A stretch of 63,808 nt of DNA, the filler included, from Pirum gemmata (lineage: Eukaryota), in NCBI GenBank assembly GCA_002812295.1. It is 10 parts of 10 records of this genome, joined end to end, with 100 filler letters (N's around TTAATTAATTAA, not from the genome) between each part and the next. Parts side by side here need not be neighbours in the genome. Positions count along the whole stretch, not along the records: positions 19,297 to 26,308 come from PDIN01000312.1; positions 26,409 to 32,596 come from PDIN01000313.1; positions 32,697 to 38,889 come from PDIN01000314.1; 7 more parts are not named here. One strand, written 5' to 3'. Shown piece after piece: positions 22,923-34,292 of the stretch (its first letter is position 1; each line of letters opens with the position of its first letter). The notes below the pieces were generated by a model. That model was given only the letters and a program-made list of their open reading frames with translations. It did no database searches and was not told where the DNA came from. The translations under genes were made by a program, and so were the position numbers.

Positions 22923-24329
22923 ATGTTGAAAATACGCAGCAGCTTTGGTGCAAAACTAATATTCTCTTTTACCATTATTGCTATTGTCATTTGGTTTTGG
23001 TTTTCTAGGAATGGATTATCAGCAACAAATAAACCAACTAATGTTAAGAAATCTAGCAACTTTCCAACAAGTTTACCACCTAAAAGTAAAACCTTTTCAG
23101 CAAATTTGATAAATGAAGCTGATAAGATTTATTTTTTTTCCAGCTTCTATCTTGCTGATGAAAAAAGAGCTGTCGTAATTTTTGCAGTACCAAACAAAAC
23201 TTTTACTAAGTTTATTAAGTGTTACAACAATGACAGCGAAAATCCACACAAACCCATTGAAGCGATAAAGGACGTAGGATTTGGGCATTTGGTCGTTTTA
23301 GTTTCTTGCCCATGGTCTTTTTCTAAACCAATCTCTGAGGTAAAAAAAATCCCTATATACTACAAAACAGATTTGATATATATACCCACACAACTCCCTT
23401 ATAACGATAACGATAACGATAAGAATAAAGGTAATGATATTGATAATGATAATGATATTGATAATGATATTGTTATTGATAATGATAATAATAATGATAG
23501 TAATAATGATAATGATAATACTAGTAATGGTAATGATAATGATTACAATGGTAATAGGGATAGTTCCTTATATGGTGTTTGTGTTGCTACATTAAGAGGG
23601 AACATTGCGAATAAACTCCCAGAATGGATTGAGTATAATAGAAAAATAGGTTTTAATCATTTTACCACCTATATTTCATCTGATGCAAACCCTGAGTTAG
23701 TCAAGGTCTTAAAATATTATCAAAACATTGGAATTGTAGAAGTGGTCAAAGCTGATTCCAAATCAAAAACCCTCACTCACTATCATAATCAAGTAGCCAC
23801 CTACAATGATTGTATATATCATAATCGTAATCGCTACAAATACATTGGAATATTTGATATTGATGAATTTATAACCTTTAATAACTCACCCAACAACCAA
23901 ATCTACAATGTTCAAGATTTAATGATAAAAAGTAATAATCCATTGGTTATGCAAATCGAAGAATATACCATGAGAATGGAGTGTATAAGAACTGAACAAC
24001 AAACACAAAATAGACACCTACTTGAAATCGTTACCTTAGCTAGCAGGTCTGGAAACCCTCCCAAATGCATCATCCAAACTAAGAAAATAGACATGTACGG
24101 AGTGCATGGGCCGTACGGACTAGAACAGCGAAAAATAAAGTCTATGTCTACAACCACTGGAAAAATCTATCATTTTCGTAATATTCCCCATCGTATTAAG
24201 TCCAACCCTTGCTACCCACACGAGGATTCTGAGGCAGTCACCACCGACGAACAAAGCCTAGTTTCAATTGGTAAACAAATAAAGGAATCTGTTGACGAAA
24301 TTTGGCGAGAAATAGAAAGAATAATATAA
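22923..24329 (+). CDS. Glycosyltransferase family 92 (DUF23), type II membrane protein
   Basis: ATG at 22923, TM segment, EWIEYNRKIGFNHFTTY, YNDCIY..RYKYIGIFDIDEFI (DxD), PKCII, YHFR. Confidence 0.88.
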   Translation: MLKIRSSFGAKLIFSFTIIAIVIWFWFSRNGLSATNKPTNVKKSSNFPTSLPPKSKTFSANLINEADKIYFFSSFYLADEKRAVVIFAVPNKTFTKFIKCYNNDSENPHKPIEAIKDVGFGHLVVLVSCPWSFSKPISEVKKIPIYYKTDLIYIPTQLPYNDNDNDKNKGNDIDNDNDIDNDIVIDNDNNNDSNNDNDNTSNGNDNDYNGNRDSSLYGVCVATLRGNIANKLPEWIEYNRKIGFNHFTTYISSDANPELVKVLKYYQNIGIVEVVKADSKSKTLTHYHNQVATYNDCIYHNRNRYKYIGIFDIDEFITFNNSPNNQIYNVQDLMIKSNNPLVMQIEEYTMRMECIRTEQQTQNRHLLEIVTLASRSGNPPKCIIQTKKIDMYGVHGPYGLEQRKIKSMSTTTGKIYHFRNIPHRIKSNPCYPHEDSEAVTTDEQSLVSIGKQIKESVDEIWREIERII

Positions 24330-25330
24330 AGTAATTGCCAAACATTTGAATAAGCAAGACAAACTCTTGGATTCTGACTCAAGTCACACCGTCTATCAAA
24401 GTTTAGTTTCAATTGGTAAGTAAATAAAGTAACTTTTTGGTGAATTTTGGTAGGAAATTAAAGAACAATAATATAAAGCAATCGCCCTATGGTTTTCCCA
24501 ACATCAAACATTTGAATAATCAAACAAACTCTTGCTACCCACACGAGGATTCCAAGTCAATTACCGCTGTTGATCAAAGCCCAATTTCTATTGGTAAGCA
24601 AATAAAGGTTGATGAAATTTGGCGAGAAATAGAAAGAATAATATATAAAGTAATTACCAAACGTTTGAATAAGCAAGACAAACTCTTGGGTTCTGACTCA
24701 AGTAACTCACCACCGTTGATCAAAGTTTCAATTGGTAAGTAAATAAAGTAATTTTTTGATGAATTTTGGTGGGAAATGAAAGAATAATAATATAAAGCAA
24801 TCGCCGTAGGTTTTTCCCAACCTCAAACATTTGAATAATCAGACAAACTCTACCCACACGAGGTTTCCAAGTCAATTACCACTGTTGATCAAAGGCCAAT
24901 TTCAATTGGTAAGTAAATAAAGGGATGCGTTGATGAAATTTGGCGAGAAATAGAAAGAATAAACTTTTGAAAATTATTCTGATCAAATAATTTAGTGGAT
25001 GTGATGACTGATTAATATAACCACGTAACTGCCTGATTCCCCAAGCCACACATGATCAAGAGATGATGGGTGTGGCTTGGGGAGCCAAGCAGTTACGTGA
25101 TTATAATAATCAGTCGTCACATACGAAGTAGTTGCCAAACGTTTGAATAAGCAAGACAAACTCTTGGATTCTGACTCGATCACCACCGTCGATCAAAGTT
25201 TAGCTTCAAGTGGCAAGTAAATAAAGTAATTTTTTGATGAATTTTGGTGGGAAATGAAAGAATATAAAATAATCAACTTATGTTTCTCTTGTTACCCACA
25301 CAAAATTTTCGAGTCGGTTGCCACGTTCGA
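24210..25330 (+). repeat. Degenerate tandem duplications of the GT92 3' end
   Basis: The ctacccacacgagg block recurs at ~24210, 24533, 24849 and 25290; the DEIWREIERI-coding segment occurs three times. Confidence 0.85.
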
Positions 25331-25586
25331 TCATAACTTAGTTACAGTTGTTAAACAAATAAAATATTACTATATAATCTTATTACTATTAGCTATTATT
25401 ATTATTAATCATTATTTATTATATATTAGTTACAATCATTGGTTGTTAATTATTAATTATCATTATTATTGTATTATTGTATCATATATTATTATTATTA
25501 TTATNNNNNNNNNNNNNNNNNNNNNNNNNNNNNNNNNNNNNNNNNNNNNNNNNNNNNNNNNNNNNNNNNNNNNNNNNNNNNNNNNN

Positions 25587-25840
25587 GGTTAGGGGTTAGG
25601 GGTTAGGGGTTGGGAAAAGGGGTTAGCGTTAGGACACAGGGTTAGCGTTAGGATACAGGGTTAGCGTTAGGTTAAAGGGTTAGGGTTAGGATAGAGTTAG
25701 CGTTAGGATAAAGGGTTAGCGTTAGGATAAAGGGTTAGCATTAGGATAAAGGGTTAGCATTAGGATAAAGGGTTAGCCTTAGGATAAAGGGGATAAAGGG
25801 TTAGCGTTAGAATAAAAGGGCAAGGCTGGGGGTTAGCGTT
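25587..25840. repeat. Telomere-derived 19-bp satellite (GGGTTAGCGTTAGGATAAA)n
   Basis: Tandem units grading out of TTAGGG-like repeats. Confidence 0.85.
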
Positions 25841-25842
25841 AC

Positions 25843-26308
25843 GTTGCCTACTTTCTTCCACTTCACTCGTTGTTTGTTTTGTTTGAGTTACTTTACCCTC
25901 GCGATCAGAACATTCAGAGTCTGATTCGTCAATAATCATTTCTAAATCTGTGCTATCATCACTATCCTCGTCTTGTTCTAATTTCTGAAGCTCTTCCTCT
26001 TGTTGACCTTGATTTTGGGAGAGGGTTGAGGTTAGAAGGGGTACGGGTGAGGGTGAGGGTGAGGGTGAGGGTTAATAGCCTTTCGTTGCTTACTTTTTTC
26101 CTTTTGGTTTATTATTTGTTCTGCTTGAAGTACTTGTGTTTTAGGAGGATTATCTGCTTCTTTTGCTTCTTTTGCTTCTTTTGTTTCTTTTGTTTCTTTT
26201 GTTTCTGGTGCTTCTGGTGCTTCCGGTGTTTCTGGTGCTTCCGGTGCTTCTGGTGCTTCTGGTGCTTCTGGTGCTTCTGGTGCTTCTGGTGCTTCTGGTG
26301 CTTCTGGT
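25843..26308 (-). CDS. Partial spliced gene encoding an acidic low-complexity protein (PEA repeats)
   Basis: Exons 26308-26094 and 26007-25843 join in frame across a GTAAGC..AAG intron: ..INQKEK-S-QQEEELQKLEQDEDSDD.. Confidence 0.55.
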
Positions 26309-26436
26309 NNNNNNNNNNNNNNNNNNNNNNNNNNNNNNNNNNNNNNNNNNNNTTAATTAATTAANNNNNNNNNNNNNNNNNNNNNNNNNNNNNNNNNNNN
26401 NNNNNNNNAATAATGATAATGATAATGATAATATTA

Positions 26437-28580
26437 TTAATAATAATGATAATAGTTCAAAATGTGTAGTTTGACTTCTGGTGGGAATTCTTTGGAACAA
26501 AATTGACATTGAAAAGGTTGGGTTATCGACGTCCACTGTCTTTTTGGTTTTCTTTGGGTTAGTATCCTTATGTGACTTTTTAGTATTTTTTGTATTCTTT
26601 TTGTATTGATTCTTCTATTTTTAATTATCTTTTCCCATTCATTTTGTTCTACATTCCACAGGTTGTTTAGGTTGTTATCATTGAAGGTTTTTGTTTTGAG
26701 ATTTTCTTTTATTTGTTTTATACTATTGTTTGTCATGATCAATTGTAGATTCCAAGTATTCGGCGGTATTTTATTTGGTTTAGACTTAGAGAATATTTCT
26801 ATTACTATTTTTGTTGTTTCTTTTTTACATAATTTTTTACATTGTTGTTGTATTATTGGGTCTTACTCACGATATTTTGTTTTTTATCGTAAAACATGTA
26901 TTAATTAATATGTAATAAACTTATTGTTATTGTTGTGTTGATGGGTGTATGCTAGTTTTGATAATTGTTCTGTGTTGTTTTGTATTGGAATCATGTTTCG
27001 ATTGTGTGAACTATCCATGTTGATAAAAATTTATTGTTGTTTGTTTTGTTTATATTAATATATGTTGGTAATAATGTTGTGTAAAGTGAAATTTTGATTT
27101 TAGTTACGATATGATTGATTGGTGAGTGGGTGGTTTTTATTGAGAAAGCAATGTGACCAGCGTATGCATGTGATTGTTATTTGTATTGCATGAGAAAATA
27201 TGTTGGAATTTTTTAATAAGGTTGGCGTTTCTCCTTGTTATCGATATTAATAGGAGATTGGGGTCGTGTTGATGTCTCCTTTGTTTTTGGGTATTTTGAT
27301 ATTGTTTTGTGTGAATTGGTTGTTGGTAAAAAAAAGTTGTGATTTTTTGTTGTAGTGTAGGGGTAGAAGTATTAATAACTTATCTGATATAAAGGTGTTG
27401 GCCATGGAATTTTAAGCTTAAAAGGTGTTGGCTAAATTAATTCTTTCTAATAAGGGTAGAGCTTTCGACTTTTTGGTTGTTTCTATTATATTAATTATTT
27501 TTCTTTCTAGTTTATTGTAGTTTTCCTTTTGACTTACCTGTGAGCTTCCTATAAAAACCCTTGAGTTTTCCATTGTTTCTAGTTTATATATACTTTTATT
27601 ATTCATTAGAATGCCGTTTTCTTCGAATAAGGTTGACAAATTTTGAAAGTACATCGTTTTTGTTTTATCCTTGTTTAATTTGTAACCACCAATATTTTTA
27701 CCAAAACTTATTATTATATTAATTACCAATAGAATGATTAATTCATTTTTACGGAAGATGTTAAGATCATCTACGTATGCAGGAGGATGTGTTTTTTGTA
27801 ATGAGGTGGATTATAACTCTTTTAAATTAAAAGTTCTTTATAAATGACAAAAAGATATGTTGACATTGGGCAACCCTGTCGCATACTTCTTGTTGTAACT
27901 ATTGGTGTTGAGTATAGAAACCATTGCTTTTGATGTGTACTATGGAGTTTACATAATTGTAAGTTTTGGATTATTATTATAAATTCTTCTGGGAATCCAG
28001 AATGTTGTATTATAATAAAGACCATCTTGCTCTATCGAAAGCTTTTTCCTTGGCAGTATTTACTAGTATGATTTTGAGATTGTTTATCTCTTCATAAAAA
28101 AGTTGTGTTTCAATAAAGGATATTGTTTCATTTATGTTTCTTCCTGCTACTTCACATGTTTGGCCTTCGCTTATGATGTGGGGCATTATTTTGTGTAATT
28201 TATTTGCTATTGTTGCTGCTATAATTTTGTAGTCGGTGTTCATTGGTGTTATAGGTCTATAGTTTTTTAAGTTTGATCTATCATTTTCTTTTTAAAAATA
28301 GAGGTATCGATAGCATTGACATATTATACCTATATAGAAGGACTGTGGTGGTTTGTCTCCCTTGTAGTTGTAGATACTTAAGCTTATCTGGATTCTGGAT
28401 ACTATTATATATATCGTTGATGTAATCTTTGATATCATTCCAGATAATATATATGTACATAATATATATCATATATCTAGTGGTATACCATCATAACCCG
28501 GTGCTTTTTTTCTCTTTATTTTGTTTATGATTATTTTTGTTTCTTCTATTGTTGGCGTGGTTGTTATTAATAGCATCTTT
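26437..28580 (-). mobile_element. Decayed L1/Tx1-like non-LTR retrotransposon ORF2 (reverse transcriptase)
   Basis: Frameshifted motifs in the expected order: KAPGYDG, KNYRPI..MNTDYKIIA, EKAFDR, MRQGCPMS, AYVDDL, GYKLNKDKT. Confidence 0.9.
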
Positions 28581-28737
28581 TCTAATTTTTTTTGGGATTT
28601 TGTTGAAGAATTTTAGTATGTATATTGTTTGTTTTTTTGTGCCATTTTTTTTTTTCTTTATTATTATTATTATTGTTAATTAATGTTATTTTTACTATTA
28701 TCATTATTATTGGTATTATTGATATTATTATTGTCAT

Positions 28738-28768
<31 letters not shown>

Positions 28769-29632
28769 ATTATTATTATTATTATTAATATCATTATTAT
28801 TGTTATAATTTTTGCTAATTTAATTTTATCATTATTCTTACAATTATTATTATTTTAATAGTATTCATATTGTTATTATTTATATTGTTGTGTTTTAAAT
28901 TTGCATTATTTTTGAAGTTTATATCTATGATATCATCAGTGAATAGGCTAGGTCTTTGTAAAAAGAGTATGCTGTTTTAATTAAGAATTCCTTGTGTGTC
29001 TGCGTGTGTGATATTGTTATGATTTGTTAGATTTGCTATATTTCTATTGATCTCTGTTTGTTTTGAATAAGATTTTTGGAATATTATAAAAGATGGTGTA
29101 TAGGTTTCACTGTCTAAATTTCCTGTAGTGTTGTTTAGTTTATTTTGTTGTTTTTGTTGGTTTATGTTTTCAAGTGTTGTAATTATCTTGTATTTTTGTG
29201 TTAGAGTTTCTGTTGTGAAGGTGTTGTTGTTGATGTGTTTTAGCTGTTGTTGATGTGTCTTATTAGAGCTAGCTAGCTAGAGTTACCGATAGCTGCAGTT
29301 TTGATATGATACATTTGATAGTGATATGATATCAATAGACAATAGCTACTAGCTAGCTAGCTAGCTAGTATGATATGTACTATCAGCTATAGTCTAGCTA
29401 GCTAGTGCTTTCAGTTATTTTGTCGTCATAAAATATACAATAAATAGCGCTAAAATAATACAATATAAATCCATTTAATTTAATTAGGTATATTTTATTA
29501 TCTATTTATTGATTTAAAAATGTCAATTTAAATATTATAACCCTCCAAATAAATATTCCTAGTGACAAAATGAAAAGCACGATAGACTACTAGCTAGCTT
29601 AGTGGTATCATAGTGGTTAGCTAGTCTAGCTA

Positions 29633-29884
29633 GTGTCTATTCGTCAGCACGTCATTTTAAAATGACAGCGTCATTTTCAAATGACGTTTTATCTCAAATC
29701 NCGTGGTCGTATTAACACTTTTAATTACGCAATTGAGACGAAAAGTATATCAAATGAAAGGAAATTACGTCAATATTAAGCAGTGAGCTGATCGTGTCAT
29801 TCATTCTCATTTCCCGAAAAGTTTGTCAAAGTAAAACTTCTTTTTGTCATTTCGAAATGACAGCGCTTGCTGACGAATAGAGAC
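29633..29884. mobile_element. MITE family C (TIR GTGTCTATTCGTCAG, TA flanks)
   Basis: Subterminal GTCATTTTAAAATGAC palindromes; inverted second copy at 31106-31359. Confidence 0.85.
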
Positions 29885-30135
29885 TAGCTAGCTAGTCTAG
29901 CTAGCTGTAGTGGTAGTAGACTCATAGAGTCATAGTTTCTTTGGTTGTGAGTTCAAATTCCAAAGTTACCATAAACAGTAAATGTGAAATTACTATAATC
30001 TACAAGTATTACTATAAAATACTACCTTTTTAGTACTTTTTTCCTTTATTGGTACCGCTACACCTAATAATAGTAGGTGTGATATCTAATAAGGCTTGAA
30101 ACATGGATCCATATCTTAAAATCCATTAATTATGT

Positions 30136-30167
<32 letters not shown>

Positions 30168-31105
30168 GTATTAGACTATCATATTAGTCTAGCTCGCAGC
30201 TCGTAGTCTAGCTAGCTAGTAGCTATGATAGCTACTATCGACACTATGATATTATCATAATAGACTATAGACTAGTAGTAGTATATCATATGATAGTATC
30301 GATAGACTTAGTAGACTGGACTGACTATATTATAATGATACTGGTATTGTCTATCTCATTACAGACTTTTTTTTACAGTTGTCCTTTCTATCTTTAATTT
30401 GGTACCGTTCAATTGTATAATTGAACTTTTTTATAAATATAAAATTACTATATATAAAATATCAAATTAATTAAAAAATGACCAATTAATTATAATTTGG
30501 TAAGCTTATTTCAGTTTTTGAACTGGACAACACTATTATAATAGTCTAAGACCCCAGGAAAAAGAATTCATGGGAGTCTTTGGCTACTCTTGGTTAGTGT
30601 AGTGTTAGACTCTACTAGTAGTGTTAGTGTAGTAGTAGTGTTATCATAGTGTCGTGTTTTTCAATATTTTTCAATAGTCTAGACTCTAGACTACAGACCG
30701 AACACTAGCTAGAGACCGAACACCACTAGTACCACTACTACTAGCTAGCTATTTGGTATTTTATACTTAATGTAAACGAAGTTTAATTATACACTTAAAC
30801 AGACTTAAACAGTACCAAAGAGGACAGCTGTAATGAAATAGACGGACGATCTTAGACGATATATCCAGCCTCTGTTCAGTGTCGACTAATACTAAGCTAG
30901 CTAGCTAGTAGTAATCTAGCTCGTAGTAGACTATCGAATCTACCGATAGTACTAGCTAGACTAGTTAGCCTCTACTACTAGCTAGCTAGTAGCTATCAAT
31001 AGCTAGTCTCTATTCGTCAGAGGGTTAGGGCTAGGGTTTAACAGGGTTAGGGTTAGGGTTAGGGTTAGGGTTAGGGTTAGGGTTAGGGTTAGCTATCAAT
31101 AGCTA

Positions 31106-31359
31106 GTCTCTATTCGTCAAATAGCGCTGTCATTTCTAAATGACAAAAAATAGTTTTACTTTGACAAACTTTTTGGGAAATGAGAATGAATGACACTATC
31201 AGCTCACTGCATAATATTGACGTAATTTCCTTTCATTTGATATACTTTTCGCCTCATTTGCGTAATTAAAAGTGTTAATACGACCACGTTGGATTTGAGA
31301 TAAAACGTCATTTTAAAATGACGCTGTCATTTTAAAATGATGCTCTGACGAATAGACAC
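31106..31359. mobile_element. MITE family C, second copy in the opposite orientation
   Basis: Near reverse complement of 29633-29884. Confidence 0.85.
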
Positions 31360-32563
31360 TAGTATGATATCGATAGTAGTATGGATTGCGTTAGCTCCTA
31401 CTACTACTAGCTAGCTAGCTAGGCTTTAGCACCAACAGAACATATTGATATGACATAGACCTCACATAGTAGCATAATTATATCATATTATCATAGTTAT
31501 CAGTTTGATAGTATCAATGACTGTATCAGTGGTCTAGCTACTAGTAGCTAGTAGCTAGTAGCTAGCTAGCAATAGACAGACTCTACCAGTAGAGCAGCTA
31601 ACCAAACACCCACGTTACTGCATTGTAGTCTAGTAAGTAGCTATAGTCTCAGACTAATGAGTAGACACTGTATGGCAGTGTATGCATACATATAGAGTTC
31701 TCATATTTATACTTTATAAACCAGACCTCAAAGAGCCAGACCTTATCATATTTTTAAATGATATCATATAAATAATATTATATCGTAGTAGCTGAATTTA
31801 TTTTTTAATAATTATCATTTTTTAAAAAATTAAGATTTATAAAAATGATAGTTTGGTTATTGGAACTTATTTGGAAGTTCAGGAAAAAATTTCTTAAAAC
31901 TCCTATTAGGTTTTTGAATCTATCATAGCTTAGTCTCTTAGTAGCTACTACTAGCTAGCTAGCTAGTTTCGACTCTCTATTAGTAACTAGCTAGCTAGCT
32001 CAGGAATATAACTACTAGCTAGCTAGTAGCTAGCTAGAGGAATATAATAAAATTATTCTTATTATTATTATTATTATTATTTGGTATACTATAGCTGAAG
32101 ACACATTACGTCATCAGCCCTCTAAATAGACTTTAGAATTTATAACTACTAAGCTAGAGTATAAAATTATTATTATATTATTATTATTATTCTATCTTTC
32201 TTCAGCTATAGTAGCTGCTATAGTCTACCAAATAATAATAATAATAATAATGATAATATAATAATAATTTTATACTCTAGCTAATAGTAGTTATAAATTC
32301 TAGACTTTAGAATTTATTTATTTAGATTGAATACTAGCTAGAGAATCAGTTCTGTAGCAGAGATTGCTATCATATCATAAATGATTCATAATAATATGAT
32401 ATCATAGGATTCATAGCTGATCATAGCACATATAAATCCTTCATAAATCAATAATATCATAGCTACTAGCTAGCTAGCTAGAAAGAGTCTAGAAAGAGAT
32501 AGCTATCAATAGATTGAATAATGTATATGATTGGATTGCATTGCATGAGTATAGATGAGTATA

Positions 32564-32596
<33 letters not shown>

Positions 32597-32720
32597 NNNN
32601 NNNNNNNNNNNNNNNNNNNNNNNNNNNNNNNNNNNNNNNNTTAATTAATTAANNNNNNNNNNNNNNNNNNNNNNNNNNNNNNNNNNNNNNNNNNNNAATA
32701 ATAGTAATAATAATAATAAA

Positions 32721-33879
32721 ATGCCCCTTGTACCTGGTCCAGACAATTTATTATACTACGAAGAATCTGAATCTGAGCTGTCATGTGAAGAGAACGATAA
32801 TGATAATAATAATAATAATAATATCGAAATAGCCAGTCAAGCTGGCTCTAAATTTAGAGCAATTAGAAGTCGATCAGATTTACCAAGTTATTATAGGCCT
32901 CCTACGGTATCTTTCAAAAAAAAAGCATGCTTGTACATAGTAATACGAAGTCTATTCTTAAGCTGTTTTGTTATGTTTATCATAGGGTTTGTTTTTTTAA
33001 CACTGTATTTAACTCAAATAAAGGGGGACATGAACAAAGAGAAAGATATTAAGACCTTTGGATTTAATGTGGCCACACTTACAATATATATGGCTTATGG
33101 TATTTTGGTATTATTGGGCTTGTGCCTTGATCATTTTAGATTTGGTGGCCCCATCTTTAAACATCAGAATAGAGTAGATGTGAAAGTTAATAATGAGGAG
33201 AATGTTCACCGTAAGGAAGCTTCAACCAAACCTCATGAAAATTATTTGTCTTTAACTTCTGTTCAAGAAAGCGAAGTCATACCAGGACAACCTTTGGGAC
33301 ACGTATCAATACAACTTACAGAGACGGCTGAACCAAAACGTATAAAACAGACAGACAAACATATGCCTGATAAACCGAAACCTAAACAAGCTGTATTTGC
33401 TTACAGCTCAACAATTATTTTCATTTTAGCTTTACTTATGATGCTTGCCAATCTTGTGATGAATGTTTACGTTACTGTAGAAAGAATGGCAAACGATTAT
33501 GGAAAGGACGTAGGCACTATTTTTGAATTTATAGGTGTTTTTATGGCTCGCTTGATTTCTGTAATATTGCTTATAATTTATATATATTGTCACGACGAAA
33601 TCGTCTGGCTTTACTGGAAAAGGTGATATTACTGGTAATTTGAAAGACGCAGAACCCCATCACATTACTATAATAATATTAATAAATCATTATACAGCAA
33701 AGCAACGTAATATCGCCATAGTTCTGGTACTAACTATTATAATGTGGGGGTATTGCGTTTTGCTTTACTATTTAACAATTTATTCAAATTATATCCAGGA
33801 AAGAAAAGTACTTTACCGAAGTTCAAATTTAAAATCAAGTTCATTTTCTACAAAATTAATGTTTAAATGTAATAATTAG
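32721..33879 (+). CDS. Multipass membrane protein of unknown family, with an apparent frameshift near 33620
   Basis: 301-aa ORF with about 4 TM segments. Removing one A from GGAAAAGG continues the reading YWKGDITGNLKDAEPHH into another TM segment. Confidence 0.55.
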
Positions 33880-34292
33880 TAATGCTAGTACTGGTGTAAA
33901 ACTTATATCTACTCTTTGACCTATTTCATTAATCTCATAATCATATTTTCAAAGAACGTTTTAATAGTGATATATCATGAATTACCCGAGACATCAATAT
34001 TATATCTGGTTTTTAATTATCTATTTAAGACTCTATGTTTCATTTGTGTTATGTTTATTTATTTTTGTTGGGGTTTGTGTTTGGGTTTGGGGTTAGGGTT
34101 GAGTTGGTGGTTGGTGGTTGGTGGTTGGTGGTTGGTGGTTGGTGGTTGGTGGTTGGTGGTTGGTGGTTGGGGTTGGGGTTGGGGTTGGGTTAGAGGATGG
34201 TGATTGGGGTTAGTGAAATTAAGAGTGAGTGTATTTGAGATTGCTTTCTTTATTAATGTCGAATCGTAAAACTTTCGTAAATAAGGCTTTAG

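Noticed and set aside
24210..25330. CRISPR-like array
   Set aside because: The units are degenerate gene-end duplications without unique spacers; eukaryotic context and no cas genes.
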